Assembly (NCBI GenBank): GCA_009103225.1
Contig: RHPI01000193.1
Location: 363,531-427,530, forward strand
Source: Chlorokybus atmophyticus
Lineage: Eukaryota > Plantae > Mesostigma and Chlorokybus algae
Length of the DNA stretch: 64,000 bases
Direction: 5' to 3'
The notes under the pieces are model-generated. The model had not been told where the DNA came from, ran no database searches, and was given only the letters and a program-made list of their open reading frames with translations. The position numbers were made by a program, and so were the translations under genes. This document shows positions 39,751-53,562 of this stretch, piece by piece; positions within the stretch are counted from its first letter, which is position 1, and every line of letters starts with the position of its first letter.

Positions 39751-41886
39751 CTGCCGCTGCTGCCGCCGCAGAGTGCTGTGGTCTGTAACCCACACCTGAA
39801 TAATACTTGCGCACATTAGCAACACAACTCACACAAGATACCGGTGCGCATTCACAACACACAAGCACACAACACACATTACATGACAGTAGACACAAAC
39901 ATCGCAAGCCACAACTGCATGACCGTAGACACACAATGGTTGGGAGCTACAACTATCAGCTGTCAGTTGTCTTATTGTTGATGAACAGCTAACGTGGAAG
40001 GAACAGGTCACAGGCTCCAGTTGTGCTGCAAGCTAGCGCTGTGCACTTCGAGCTGCTTAAGCAATAGACTTGGATAAGGCAAGTTAATTGTGTCATTGAC
40101 CAACTCACACAACTACAGCAGGAAAAACAACAACACAACACACAAGCGCACCTGCAAAATTGTTGTAAGAAACAATCACACTCTGGTCGTAAAATAAAAA
40201 AGCTTACTTGAGTCACAAGCTTCAGGTCGGCTCCAAGCTGCCGCCAGGCACTGTGCGCTCTGAGCTAGTCATGCAATACACTGAGTGTTGTCAGAGCTTG
40301 TTGTGTCTTGGGTTCACGCAGGTATAGCAACGGCAACACAAACACGCAGACAACACAAAAGCCAATAATGCGCAGCACACAACACAGCGCCTGCATGCTA
40401 TATGGTTGATAGTGCCAATCTCACACAAGGCACAAGAACACGGCAAATTCCAACACACCGCAAATGCGCACGCGCAATTGTTGGAAGTATCCATCTACCG
40501 CTTACCTAAGTCACACAACCAAGCTCCAAGTCTCGTGCGAGCTGCCGCCAAGCACTATGCTTAATGCCCTTTTCTAAAACTAAAGTTCTTCTTCGGCGAC
40601 AGGCTGAGGTGAATAGAGTTGCAGCAGCTGCAGCAACGGCGACAGCAACACAACACACCACCTGCACTTGCCTAACGGTTACTAGAGACATGTACCAGCT
40701 GCCAAACGACCCACCTTTGAAATAGACTAGGCTCCAGGTCTCTGCTCCAAGCTGCCGCCAAGCTGGAGCCTGTAGGCAAGCTACCACGCAAGTTAGCTAA
40801 CTACCACCAGCCTGGCCAGGCCACGAGCTACCGCCGCTCGCAGCACTTGCTGAGGAGCCCACCTGACTTGCAGTAAGAAGCATGCGCAAGGAGCTTCAGC
40901 TACTAGAACACCGCCACCGCCGCCGCCGCCGCCGCACGTTGCGCTAAGAATGCATGCCTTGCCCATGTTCCAGTCATGTGCTGCGCAACATGCACCGCGA
41001 CCATCCGGTTCTAAACACCTGCACTGCGTCTATTTAGCCTTGGAGCGTGATTGTGTGAGGGGAAGGCTGGCATTGGCCTCCTTCCAAACAAGCGGAAGAA
41101 AACAATGCATACCGAGTGCCCCATGAGGCTGTTTCCACCGACCATGAAAAGCCAGTGCCAAGCATCGCCTCAACGATGGGCGGATGAAAGCCCGGCACCT
41201 ACTTGACCAACAGGGTGTCGCTGCTTGTCAAAGCTGCGCAAGAAAACAGGAAGTGGCCAGAGTGCGTCCAGAGTTAGAGTTAGACACTGGCGGGGCAGAT
41301 GATGGAGATGCCCACCTAGCTAGCCGTAAAGGCACCACCCCATGTGCTGCTCCTCTAATTACCGTTGGTTGTTATGTTGTAGCTTGACCGCACACACTCT
41401 CCTCCGTTACTCCCACGCACATGAGTAAAGATGGCTGGTGGTATCCACTGCGCGAAAGGTTGCTGGCAGCGGAACACCATCTTCTTCACAAAACTTACAA
41501 TGGCGGTACATGTTTAATCTTGTATGCTCACTCCATGCGTGCCCTACTGTATTCTGGTGTGAGCGCACACATGTCCATTATCACAGTCACAGCATTGCAT
41601 ATATTCTACACACGCACAGGCAATCTCTGCGACTCATTCACTTTTGTACTATGCTTCTCGGCGAGAAGTTCTCACGCACTCACACGCGGTCGATAGATAG
41701 AGCAAGGGAGACATCGTGTGCAAACGCGCATGCACGCGCTGTCTCTATTGCTCGCTCTCGCACGCGCTAACACCTAAGGCTGTCCATGCTGTGGCGGTGT
41801 TCTCGCTGGTCATCGTGCGAGTGAATGCGGTGGACGAGCTCGCGCTGCAACTTTACACAGCTGTTGACTAGCGCAAAAGCCGTGTT

Positions 41887-42159
41887 GTGCAGCACCTGCG
41901 AGCCATTGAGGCATTAATGACGCTGAAGTCTGCGACAGCGCAGTTGAACGACCTCGCCATCCTACCCTACATTGACGATGGCACACTTAAAGCCACAATC
42001 AGCTTTATGTTGTGGATGGTTGTTGGCGGCACGCCATACGCCATCGCTTCGGGCTACCTGTCAGTTGATGGAAACACTATAGGCTCTGCTTATACTTGCA
42101 GCCGTCGCAAAATGTTCCCTTGCCGGCCGACTGGATATTGGCAACGGCCGTGCACCTGA
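41887..42159 (+). mobile_element. Possible PIF/Harbinger transposase HTH-region fragment
   Basis: LKATISFMLWMVVGGTPYAIASGYLSVDGNTI resembles the L.I.L.WLA.G.SY..I...F.VS..TV helix-turn-helix of Harbinger-like DDE proteins. No catalytic domain follows. Confidence 0.3.
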
Positions 42160-42259
42160 GGATACTCATTTAGTCTATCGACCTTCAGTCTACCGGCGAT
42201 CTCGATACAGGGACCTGAGCATAACGGCCGGCACCATTGGTTGGCGGCCATTTGCATAA

Positions 42260-43665
42260 AGGGACTGACCCTAATTAATAGGTACCTGTCAGGTACTCAA
42301 CAGTTAAGCAAAGGGTACTTGACTCAACCAACAGGTAACTGACCGGTACCTATCAGTTAGGTACCGGCGCTTGTACGCTAACTGAGCGAAATTGTCAGGT
42401 ACCTTAAGGTACCTACCGTTAATGATATGTACCTTCAAAGGTACCTGCTAGTACCGCTCAGTCATAAATGGGTGTCACACGTGATTGTCATCATCAGCTG
42501 TGCAAGAACGCGTGCCAAATAATAAAAAACAAAAAAATGAATAAATTACAATGTAATATACTGAGCTACTACTACTACTGCTAGTACAACGAGACTACCA
42601 CTACTACTACCACTACCACTACTGCTACTACTACCTTAGGTACTACTGCTAGTACTACCCTTGTACTGAGATGCGGCTCCTGCACCGCCCGCTCCAGCTC
42701 CGCCGTCGCCATTCCTTCTCCGCCGCCGCTGCCGCCGCCTGGCCTGGTCTGGCCTAGCCTGGCCTGGCCTGGCCGCCCAAAGGCAAGGAGGGTGGTTAGA
42801 TGGCATGCGGTGTTGCGCGTAGTACAACTTCAGACAGCAACCAAGCTCACCTACTGTTAGCCATTGCCGCCGCCGCCGCCGCCGCCATCACCGCCGCCGC
42901 CCACAACGCTGTTATGTTAAACTTGAAGCCGTTGAGCGTTTGAATAACTTGGGCAGCCCAAGTTATTCAAACGCGTTGTCGCAACGGCATTATCGTATTA
43001 TTATAATGGTACGAAAGTACCATTGTCGCAATGGCAATATCGTATCATTGGTATGGTACGATAGTGCCATTGCCACAATGGCAGTGTTTGTACCATGACA
43101 TAGTACGGCGGCTGCATTGTACCAGCGTCTCGACTGGCCGGCCGGTACCACCGTCCCGACTTGCCGACCTTTAGGGACCTGCGGTCACTTGCTTATCATA
43201 CTTGACACACAATAAATAGGTCGCCGCCGCGTTAAGTGCACGACCGGCGATCCGCCGTCACTTAATAAACGCGGTAAGGTCACCTGATAGGGACTAACGG
43301 TGGCTGGCTTGCTAAAGTAGGCAGGCCGTCGCGCATACTTTTCGACGGTCAGGGTACGACCGGCGGTCGGCCGTCACTGTATGTGACCAAAACGTGACTT
43401 ATCTGCTAAACAGAAGGGTCGCCATCGCGCAAATGGGACGACCGACAATCGGCCGTCACCTTAAAGTGCGATGTTGCCGTCACAGGCAGGTCGCCGTCGA
43501 TTGTACTTATCGGTCGACCGCTTGCCGTCGGTATATGTTGCTTGGTAGAAACGGCCGTCCGAAAAAGTCCCTTTATGGAACAATCCGTTACGTCAGGTAG
43601 GGTCAGGCAGGGTCAGGCACTCGTCAGTCCCTCAGTCCCTTGTCAGTCACCGTGTGAAATTTGCG
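42260..43665. repeat. Cluster of subterminal-type short-motif arrays (GGTACC, (CTA)n, (CCTGG)n, GTACCAT, GCCGTC) and a perfect hairpin
   Basis: GGTACC/GTAC-rich 42260-42460; (CTA)n 42567-42660; (CCTGG)n 42737-42773; hairpin 42936-42974; ATGGTAC/GTACCAT array 42990-43140; GCCGTC/GACGG array 43200-43560. Confidence 0.6.
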
Positions 43666-44544
43666 ACGGCAAACACCACAAACATAGCCACTCGCAAAGG
43701 TTCGCTTCGGGAGTATAGTAAGCAAGCGCTTTGTACACAAATGCGATGTGGGGTGGCGCATGCATACTATCACTCCTTGTATGTACTAGTAGTACATACA
43801 AGGAGTGACAAGCTCACTCAACATGCACGCAGCAGCCAGCAACATAGGTATGTTTCATCTATCACATCAGCTACTTCCTACACTACCGCTTGCACTGTGT
43901 TTGGCCAATTCGGGATGGTGGTGTGACCCAAAATCTCATGGCTTGGCAGCTGCTATAAGGTGGCAGATGCTAATGAGCGTCGTGTCTTCTAGGTGTGGCG
44001 GCGCGGCTAGCTTGTTCGACTCAGACAGGCTCTAGCAGAGAACTTTCGCACGCGCCTCGCCACGTCAACGGGTACATGGCCGACGCGTTATGTCGGCAGC
44101 TGCAAATCACGACATGGCCAGGCTCAGAGGCGCACAGCAGGCGGTTTGCCGCACAGGTTGGCCTGCCGGTCGTTGCCGGCAGAGTAGGACTACGCAGCGT
44201 CACCCTGCACGCACCGACCGCTTTCCTTTGAGGATGGGCAGCGGTGGCGGCGCCACTGCGCCGACGTTTTACACAGCCGCTGTCAGACTAGTTGCTTGCG
44301 GCCATCGACGATGTAGAGGACCGGCACGTTGCCATATTAGGTGGCCATGCGGGCTGCACATGACCTGCTGCCGCCGATGGCACGCCCCGTTTTACCGCCG
44401 TTCTCGGCATTGGCGTGCACGGCTGGAGTGAAGTTATAGGAAGACATTAGTGCCAGGATGGATGCCCACGAACTGAAGCTTTATAAGGATGGGGCGTCGA
44501 CACGGACGACCAAGCACGCCGACTGTCGGCGTCGAGTATAGGGC

Positions 44545-45200
44545 CGAGGCGTGGCTGTTGGCGTTGCCGATTTTTTAGGTGCTTCGGATGACGCTGAATG
44601 TTTTTAGGACGGCCCTCCGCACTCTACTCGGCCTATCGTATCCAATGTTAACAAACGTGACGTGAGTGTGTCGCGTTTGTTAACACGCTTACAGCATAGC
44701 TGTGACGAAATGTTCGCCGTTGTAAAGGAGGTCGGTTATGCTGTCTTACATGAGCAAACGGGCTTTCTGCCGATACGTCCAGGTGAGATACGTGGTCGGC
44801 ACGTGGACTTGATGGTGTCCGAACCAGGGCGCGACCATCGCTGGCTTTTAAACGTCACGGTGACCGCGTGTGGGGTGACGATAAGTGCGGGAGCGCGTGA
44901 TGCGGAGAACGCCAAGCGGCGCAAGTACCAGGACCACTCTCCGGTGGACAAGTTTTATCACCTAGCCATTGGGACCAATGGCACGATGGGGGCGGCGTTC
45001 GCCGAAGTGCTGAAGACATGTGCCAGGCAGGCGGTGTACACTAGGGGGCTACCGCTGCAGCGCCTCCGAGGCGGCTGAGTCAGTGGCTATGTGGCGTTGT
45101 TACGGCAACGCGTGGCGGTGGCGCTGCAACGTGCGCAAGGCCTGGCGCTGCTAGAGCGTGCGGCGGCGGCGGTAGCGGTGGTACCAGGCATGGCGGCGCT
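44545..45200 (+). mobile_element. Degenerate 3' fragment of a CRE/Cnl1-like non-LTR retrotransposon (restriction-like endonuclease region)
   Basis: YRAEAWLLALPIF*...FRTALRTLLGL, then GRHVDL....D..W.LNVTV...AENAKRRKY....FYHLAIGTNG.MG and LRQRVAVALQRAQG are typical of C-terminal RLE regions of CRE-clade elements. Several stops; no RT domain seen. Confidence 0.7.
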
Positions 45201-46505
45201 ACGTACGGGCGCACTGGCGTCTGAGGCGGATGTAATCTATCAACTGCAATTACGTACTCTCGTGCATATGCGTGTTGATTGAGCATGAACATTATGTGTG
45301 CATCTGGTATGTTGGGTTGCATGTGTGACATCCTTGTTCATGAACATTCGTGTGAGCAATGGTTGATGTAGTGCGAGCCCCGAATGTCTACGTACCTAGA
45401 GGTTGTGAACTTGTTGAGAGAGGAACCAGCTACAGATTTCGTCTAAGCTTTGTGTTTTGGGGGAGGGGTCGAGAAGCAGGCTGAACCGCTGGGTTCAGAA
45501 TACAATCTCTCTAACTGGTGCCAAGACGCCGTGGAATAGGAACTAGCGGGGTAAGAGGGGAGGAGTGTGGAAAGTTTGGAGTAGTTTGGGGTAAAGAGAG
45601 GTGGAAAGGTCTACGGCAAACACATGGCTGAAGCCCTAGCCCTAACCCTAAGGCATAGTGAACAAGCGCAATTTTGAAGGAGGCGTGCGGCAGAGGATCA
45701 GGCAGAAGGCAGGCCCGCTCTCACCCGAGATGGTAAGGGGACGTACCGTCTCAAAGGCGATCACAAGCTACGCCTGAGCCTTCTCCCCCCTCCGCCGCCG
45801 TCGTCGCTGAGTTATTGCACTGCAAGAGAGCTACTGAGTTAGAGCTGTCCTCGAATTACCATAGGCCGTGTATGGCCGAGCTGAGATACGACTCTTAGGC
45901 GTACTTGTTGGGTAGGTTCTGCAACCCGTTACATCATGCGTCCATCGGATGCCGAAACCCTAACAGGCATGCCGCTCGCCACATCGTGGTGACTGTGGTT
46001 GGCGGTAAGGCCACGAGGGGAAGCAGGCGAGCGGGCGGGTGGGCGGGCGATAGGCGGCGGGCTTGCTTACGTGGAGCATCCAGGCAGACAGTGTTGCTGG
46101 TACTTAGTGGTTGGCATTGAGAGAGCCTGGTGTGTTGGGCCGCTCCCGTCAGGTGGGCTAGGCTCCCGGGCAGGCTTGCCCTGCGCCTCCTCAAGCTTCC
46201 TGTGTAAGGATAGATAGCCAGCCGCAGCGGTGTGGAGAGACGACCGGTCATGATTGTGACGAGGCGGCATGTTGCCTCCTACGGAGGTCACGCATACTCA
46301 CCGCTCGTGGAATGGCCGTCGTCCACAACAAGCATAGACCCTCCGACAGTCAAGGGTGAGCAACAGCGGCCCGCATCTTCATCCGGCTGCGTCCACGGCC
46401 TGGACGACCTGCTGAATCCTCCTCGTGTCGTCTATGGCAGCGGCGCAGGTGCGTCGTCGTTGCTCAATGCAGTCAGTCCGTCAACCCAGTAAGCAGGCCG
46501 GCATT

Positions 46506-46755
46506 AATAGCACTTGTCAAGCTTTGTCACGCTGCCACTAGCCATGTTGTTGCCCAATTGCTGCTCACAATTAGCTGTGCATGTTTTCCAAACACACAGT
46601 GGAATGCGACGTCTGGTTTAGAAACTACTGCACCCCAGTAATAGCACTTGTCAAGCTTCGCCACGCTGCCACTAGCCATGTTGTTGCCCAATTGCTTCTC
46701 ACAGCTGGCTGTGCATGTTTACCAAATACACAGTGGAGTGCGACGTCTGGTTTAG
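46506..46755. repeat. Tandem duplication of a ~133 bp unit
   Basis: Two copies of taatagcacttgtcaagctt..cacgctgccactagccatgttgttgcccaattgc...cacagtgga.tgcgacgtctggtttaga. Confidence 0.9.
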
Positions 46756-48799
46756 ACTCTACTACGACACTGATCAGCAGCCTGTGACGGACGTGCGGCG
46801 CGTGTGCGTACGCTTTCACAACAGACATTCGTACCACCACACCACTCGCACGGTAGCCACAGCTATCTTTTTAGACGACGCCAACCATGCGACGCGTGAG
46901 TTGCTGCTTGGTGTTGTTTGTCACTTGCACATAGTTACGTGGGTTGCAAAGTTATGCTGCACACATTGGGTCCGGCCTCTTAATTGCCTTGTCACAGAGG
47001 TCCTTGGGTACCTATGGAGGGAACAAGCGCTTCGGATTGTGGAGGATACGTGCCTGAATGTTATCATGTAAGGGCAGTGTTGTGTCAATCACATCAAGTT
47101 ACACACCGGAGACATCCCTGCTGGTCGTGTGCAGGTGGTTCACGCGCCGTTTTGCGTATAAGTATTGCGGCTTCACCGGTTTGCCATTTCCTATGAGCTC
47201 CTATGACAGTCCTCTGGAGGCGATTGTGTTAGCCCCTCGAGGTTTGTGAAGTAACGCTTGCAGCCGTTATGCTTGCCTGTACGGTGTGCCCCAACTCACT
47301 GTGATCGTGTTCAACCCACACGCCCAGGTTGGCAGCCCAAGAAGCCATGGCCCCCAAGCAAAGAGAGGTGCGAGGTTTTACGCCAGTATCGATTACAGAT
47401 GGGGCAGTACCTGGATGTCTGGTGGGATACATTGACGGGACGCAGCAAGCCCGGCTTCAACCTGTTTCACGACCTCTTGGCGAAGGGCGATCGCTGCACA
47501 GTGGATGGACATAAGTTGACACGCGCTGAGGTTGTCGAAAACCATGGAACTGACGTGTCATGGCCCGACGCGTGTTGATGTTGCCAGCTCCAGGTCTCAA
47601 CCATAGGAAGGCCGCGGAACGCGTCTTACCAATGGCGCTGGTACGCGGCGTGTACATATGTAGCACAGCTTGTTAGTTTGGGTGCTTTGTGGTGTTCCTG
47701 CACCCTACGCATGCCCCCTGCAACTCTGCAACTCTCAGTTCGCATGGCTCGTGCCGCACGGGCTTGTTCAGCATGGGTTAGTAGCTGTATTGTGCTAGTT
47801 GTTGCGAAACTGGCAGAGTCTCAGAATGGCAGCTCACAAACTTTCCCATCAGCCATGTGGCAGCGTTCAGAGCAGCAACAGCAACCGGTTCGTCTTTGTT
47901 GCGCTTAGCAGTGCGTGCCAGAAGTGGTGTATGTGAACTTGTCTCACAACCTAAACCTCCTGTGCCTGCTGCTTGCTTGGTTTCCTTGAGATTTCTCTCA
48001 GCTCATAGCCATTGATCTCATCCTACCTTGGGTTCTCAACAACCGAAAGCCTCTGCGCCGTTGGGCCGCGCAGCGCCACATACCTCGTGGGCCATTGATC
48101 TGATCCTACCGGAACAAGTTGCCGGCGCATGCACTGCTGTAGGGCCCAGCACACGACTTTGCCGGTGCTTGGCCATTGCTATGGCTACCACCTAACTTGC
48201 CACTTGTGCGCGACCCATACACTAGTATAGCGCAGTCCGTGTCCACGGTCCATGCCTATGCACGGCATGCGCACGGTGTTTCACTCCATGTGCTGCAACG
48301 GCGAATCTGTCAATATCAATAGTGTGCACGAGTGTGCGTGCATGCGCAATTATAGTCTGCATGCACACTGGCTGATAAGGGGTCTTGGCGCGCCTGTGCC
48401 TGTGGAGGCTTTGGTAGCTGGGCACATCTTATGTCGTCGTTGGTGGCTACATTCAACTCGCTTGCCGAGTGACTTCACAGGCCATGCCTGGCAACAAAGA
48501 GTGACATGATGAGCTGCAGGTTGGCTTTGTCTCCTCCTTGACTGTTTGCATGCATACAAGCCTTCAACTTAGTCATGCCAAATTGCGATTTAGTTCATGG
48601 GGATGATGAGTCCCGCGCAGCTGTACCAGCACGAGCAAGCAAGACAAGGTGCCCGTGCTCACCCGCACGCACATGCACAAGTACATGACACACGCACGCA
48701 GGCATCCAAGCGCACGCATTGGCTTGCTCTTGTGTGCACAGCACTTCACGACAGTGCTATGCGAGGGCGCCTTGTTCATTGCAAGCGGGACGCCTCTGT

Positions 48800-51700
48800 C
48801 TGAACTGAATGGCAGCCACGCAGCGAAAGGGCCTTCACATGCTTCTGATCGTTATGGTTGTGGATCAACATCATCGGTGTTATTGCATCGTTTGCCCGGC
48901 GGAGGAGTGCCTTCCGGTTATCTTCCCTCTTGAAGTTGCTGTTCCCAGTGAAGGGGTAGCTTGTTGTTGTGCTGTGCTATGCCGCGCACTTGCCCATGAA
49001 CCACGGTTTGACTCATCAGCGCCGTTCTGCCACAGATTGGACGGCACGGAGCTGGTGCTCACATCCAACATGGTGACCGTAAACGTCGTTGTCATTGTTG
49101 TTGTTGTGCCACATCATGTGTGCGCAGATCTTGCTGCACGCATCCATGACGCTGGCGGCGACGATCAGTCATGGTGTGGGGTCGGCCGCTGGTTTGTCGG
49201 TGCGGACGTTGTTGCACGCGCCGCTGCGCTTGCGTTCAGCACAAACCGAGTGTGCATCTGACATAGTTGTGATGTGCAACACACACGCTTTGCCTGCGCA
49301 CAGGCTGTGCGACTGCATCTGGCGAGCAAGAGATTGAAGAGTGCTGCGCAGTGCCATAACGCGTGCCCTTCGGAGCACGGGTCGTGCTGCCTGCATCTGC
49401 ACTCACAGTGAGTGCAGGAATGGTTGTGCTACTACGCCTGCAACTCACACAAAAGACTCACGGTGCACAGTAAACGGCTGCTGCCTGCTTGAGTTGCGTG
49501 CATTCGCGGGTGTGGGAGGCAGTTGAGTTACAAGCACACAGCGTTCACTACTGTACACATGTAGCGGCGGCGTGGCATGCTGCAAGCCTCCAACGCCCAC
49601 TGGGACTGTGCCTCAACGTAGGGCACTTGCTTTGCTCGTCAGTTATGTGCTTGAGGATGGCCAAGGCAGTGTCGGGGCGGAAGATGGCCATTGGCGGATC
49701 GACAGCCACTGGCATGTGTGCATCATGCGGTTGAGCACCCTTGTGTGCTGCGAATGAGTTGTTTGTGTAACTGGTAACACGCGTACGCATGCACGCAAGT
49801 GACAAGGTGGTTCCGCATATCGAAGGCGTGTTCGCTGGTGCGGGATGAGGGAGAAATTTGCAAGACGATTCACGTGCTGCACACGATCCACCTTATCTCG
49901 TTGGCTTTGGCCGGCGAATCCTGCGGACAACGCGGCGCACCCCCCATCACAACCAACCCGACAACATCCCAACGACGCCACCTGTTACGCGTGTGGGGTG
50001 ACGCTACCACCACACACTGCAACAAGTACAGTACAGGGCGGGGGTGGACAGGGGAGAGAGGTGTCGCATTGCTTCCCGTCGCCGTCTCGTCCTTGCCGGC
50101 GTCCTTCATGCGCACGCCCTCCACGCGGCTGTTCCTCCCGACCAATGGGACACACTGGCCATTGCGCTCCGTGCGCTCTGTGGGTGGGTGGGTGACAGTA
50201 AGAGTGTGTGACACACGCATATATGCGCTGGCACACATCCGTGCACTGGCGTGTGCATGGTGCGTGCGTGCACATGCGACCGTGCAAGTGTTTGCGCATC
50301 TGTTTGTGCGTGCGCGTAGGTGTGTATGTCTGCGTAGTGTGTAGGTTGTCACACGAAGTACTGGAATGAACTATACCAAGAGAACCGCATGCGCATGGTG
50401 ATTGAGCAAGTGAGCGAGTGAAGCAGCAAAAGGGTGATGGGAATAGTGAACAACGAGTCGACGTCAGGCTGTCACCTCCGAGGCTGACGAGACTGATGGA
50501 CGCGCTGGTGGGAGAGACACAAAGAGGGAAAGAGAGATGCAAGCTGTTTGTGTCAAGATTATACACAAGCAGTGCATCGAATTATTTCTGCCTCAACCTG
50601 CGCGCATCAATTTAAACATTGTGGTCAACCTACTAGTACAGCAACGGAAGCAACTGGGCCCTATCGGATGTCAAAGCTTGCTATGTCGGTGCATCCACAG
50701 GAGGAGAGCGACAAGAACAATTCCTATCGTCACCAACACCACTGACACCCGCCAGGCAAGATTTCGCCTTGCAAAGTAGAGCATAGGCCAGCGCGTGCCA
50801 AGAACTGGTCGATACTTCGTTCGCCTGCAAGTAAATAGAGCATTATTTAAACCATTCATGACGTGCTACAGAACAGTTTCCAAGCGCACTTACCGACGAT
50901 GGCAGTCGCGACGATCAAAGCTGCAGTACGGCCACACCTCCACTAGGGCAACGTAAGTAAGGGTAGCAATCAGCTGAATCACAGCCACCACCTTGAAACC
51001 GGCGGCGTTCGTGATAGACGCTGTGGAAGCAGGGAGAAGCACTTTGCCAAACATGCTGGTGCCTTTGGTGAAGGTCGCGTCATATCCTGCGAAAGAAAAT
51101 ATTATCTCATAGACGAAGAATCTCACAACTTGAATAGTTGCAACATCGCACAAACACATGTGCGAGTCTCACCCGTGATAACACGCGTGCACATGTACAC
51201 GGGAACATGCACAACCACGCAAGTGCAGCACAAACACATGCACCAACACGCGTACATCATATTGTGCTAGTTCACATATACATGCACTAGCGCAAACGCA
51301 TACACGAACACTTACCCCTCGTCTTTGCCGTAATGAAGACCGTCTCATTGCAAGTCGTCACGTCCCACTCCTCCTCTGGGTATGCGTGTAGACCCTTGGG
51401 CCCCAACAATTGCTGCTCTTCGGCTTCGCTCAGTTCTCCCAACCGTATCCGCTGCACAACTGCGCTGCAGGCGCAGTATGATACAAAGCCTTGACCAAAT
51501 GCCTGTGACAGAATCTTGCGCACCTAACAGCGATGACAGGTGAGAGCATGATAATTTTGCACATGCGCAATTACTACTTACTTCTGTGGGGTTGTCGAGG
51601 AGGTGTTGTCGTTCCTCGTGAGACACAGCTGATTCAAGCAAGAGCGTCGCTTGGAATGGCTGGTGGCATCCAAGTTGAAGACAGCTCTCGATGCTCCACT

Positions 51701-53160
51701 CCAAGTGATGCGAAGTTGGCAACCCCTGCTTATTATGATATAACCGAGTGGTCAACGCCCAAAGCATTGCAACAACAGAGCATTTGGTTGCCAGTGAGAA
51801 CGACCCACCTGAGGTGCTTCAAAAGAGGACGGCGGCGCATTCACTTCGGCGATTTCTTCAACAGCGATGATGTGTTCGGGGCACGTCAATGGCAGAGCAA
51901 CACATGTGTCCTGTGCAGGGAACTTTCTGATGGCATAATTTGTATAAGAGCCTTCCCAAGCATCAACACGCGCAAGAGCTGGCGCAGTGCTAGTAGCACG
52001 CATTCACCGTTTTTAAACTCACCTCGTTGGCTTGCACGGCATTGTTTGCTTGCTTGTTGCAAGCACCAGCGCTCTCCGAGAGCCGAGGCACCTGCGTGCA
52101 TGCGCATGTGAGAGTTCAAGAGCTGGCGCAGTGCTAGTAGCATTCAAGCATTCATCACCGCTTACCAGTACTACTACCTCAAATTGTTTAAAAACTCACC
52201 TCGTTGGATTGCACGGCATTGTTTGCTTGCTGGTTGCAAGCAGCAGATCTCTCCCACAGCACCGAGTCAAGCTGCTGCTCGACGAACTTCACGCTCTGTT
52301 TCAAACAGAGCGTGTTTGCAAGCTTCTCACACTAGTTGCGTAAAGCAAGCAGCAACTAGTCATGAACACCACGTGTATTCTCTTCGAACCTACCTCGTGG
52401 AACCGTGCAGCATTGCTCGCCTGACGGTTCAAGCTGGCCAACAACTCCTGAATCTCGAGCCTCAGGTTGTCAAGCTGTTCACCATATGTGAATTTGTTGA
52501 GGTTCAGCTGGTGGCTTGATGCAGCGGGGACTCCGGAGCTCGCCTTTAATGCAGACCCTAGGCACCCATGACCACAAACCTTGCGCACCGAAGTCACTGC
52601 AAGTATCAACACGCAGCACATCAGGTGTGCTCTAGTGAGACAACATCGTAGCCACTGACTTGGCAACGTGGCCGTCCTTACCATCGTTTGCACAGCTCAG
52701 TATGTTCTCGGCAATGTGTAAGGCCAGGCCCCCGTGCGCGACTCTGCTGCTGTATGTTTCCTTGGTTGACTGCCACATTCCGTGCGAATGCTGCCAGATG
52801 GCATAATGACTGCTGGCATCCTCTCCATCCACATAGGGACTGCGTGTCTGTGCGCATATGGGACAGAAGTACCCTCCTGTTGGCATCGGACCTGCTGTCA
52901 ACCCGTACTTGCAGGTGTTCAAGTCCTTGGAAATGGCCTGCGATCTGTCATCCATCTGCACAAATGAGTGCTGTATTAGACATGTAGAAGAAGGTCTTGC
53001 AGTTGACAGAGGCTTGATGCAGACCTTATCATCGCTGCTATCAATGAAGTCCAAATCTTCCGGATTCATTTGTTGCGTTGCGGCCGGTTGTGTAACCAAG
53101 CGAACATTCTGCCTTTCAGTAGATTCTGCATCTGCTTGCATGTGCGTCGCTGGCCGCATT
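48800..53160 (-). mobile_element. Degenerate intron-containing ORF set, possibly a Mutator/MULE-like transposase
   Basis: Exon-like blocks include FCPICAQ...H..W.HSH (zinc-finger-like), GCQLRI, and FSFAGYDATFTK...GFKVVAVIQLI (resembles the first catalytic-D region of MULEs). Multiple stops; assignment weak. Confidence 0.28.
51972..52255. repeat. Imperfect tandem duplication (~105-140 bp units)
   Basis: caagagctggcgcagtgctagtagca...aaactcacctcgttgg.ttgcacggcattgtttgcttgct.gttgcaagca occurs twice. Confidence 0.85.
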
Positions 53161-53562
53161 TTGCTACGTGTTGAAGGTTGTGAAAGACACTACGCCATAT
53201 CCACCATCTGGGGGCTGTCTGCTCCCCCATCCTTACTGCTGCCAGCTACTCATTCTGCATGTAGACATAAGGTTTAATGCAATGCTGCAACCAGGCCTGT
53301 GCAACTGCGCAATCACCAAGAACAGAATGTATTGTCTTGCCATACACAGCAATTGCAGTGCACTGCGATCATGCTGCAAGCTACTGCCCACAGATAGCAA
53401 CACACACATGATGGTGTGTGTGTTGCTGCGCACACGCACACGCACACACAACACATGCATAGACGAGAGCGAGCATCCAAGCCTGCAACTCGCACAGGTG
53501 GTGCACTCAGTTGCACACGTTTTACAATAATTAACCAAGTCAGCATTCCACTGGAAGGAGTC

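Noticed and set aside
40520-40570. Death-domain resemblance of WRQLARDL
   Set aside because: Too short, and the surrounding helices are not supported.
45490-45545. Possible LTR end plus primer-binding site (TGGTGCCAAGAC)
   Set aside because: No terminal CA directly before it, no second LTR, and no gag/pol recognised downstream.
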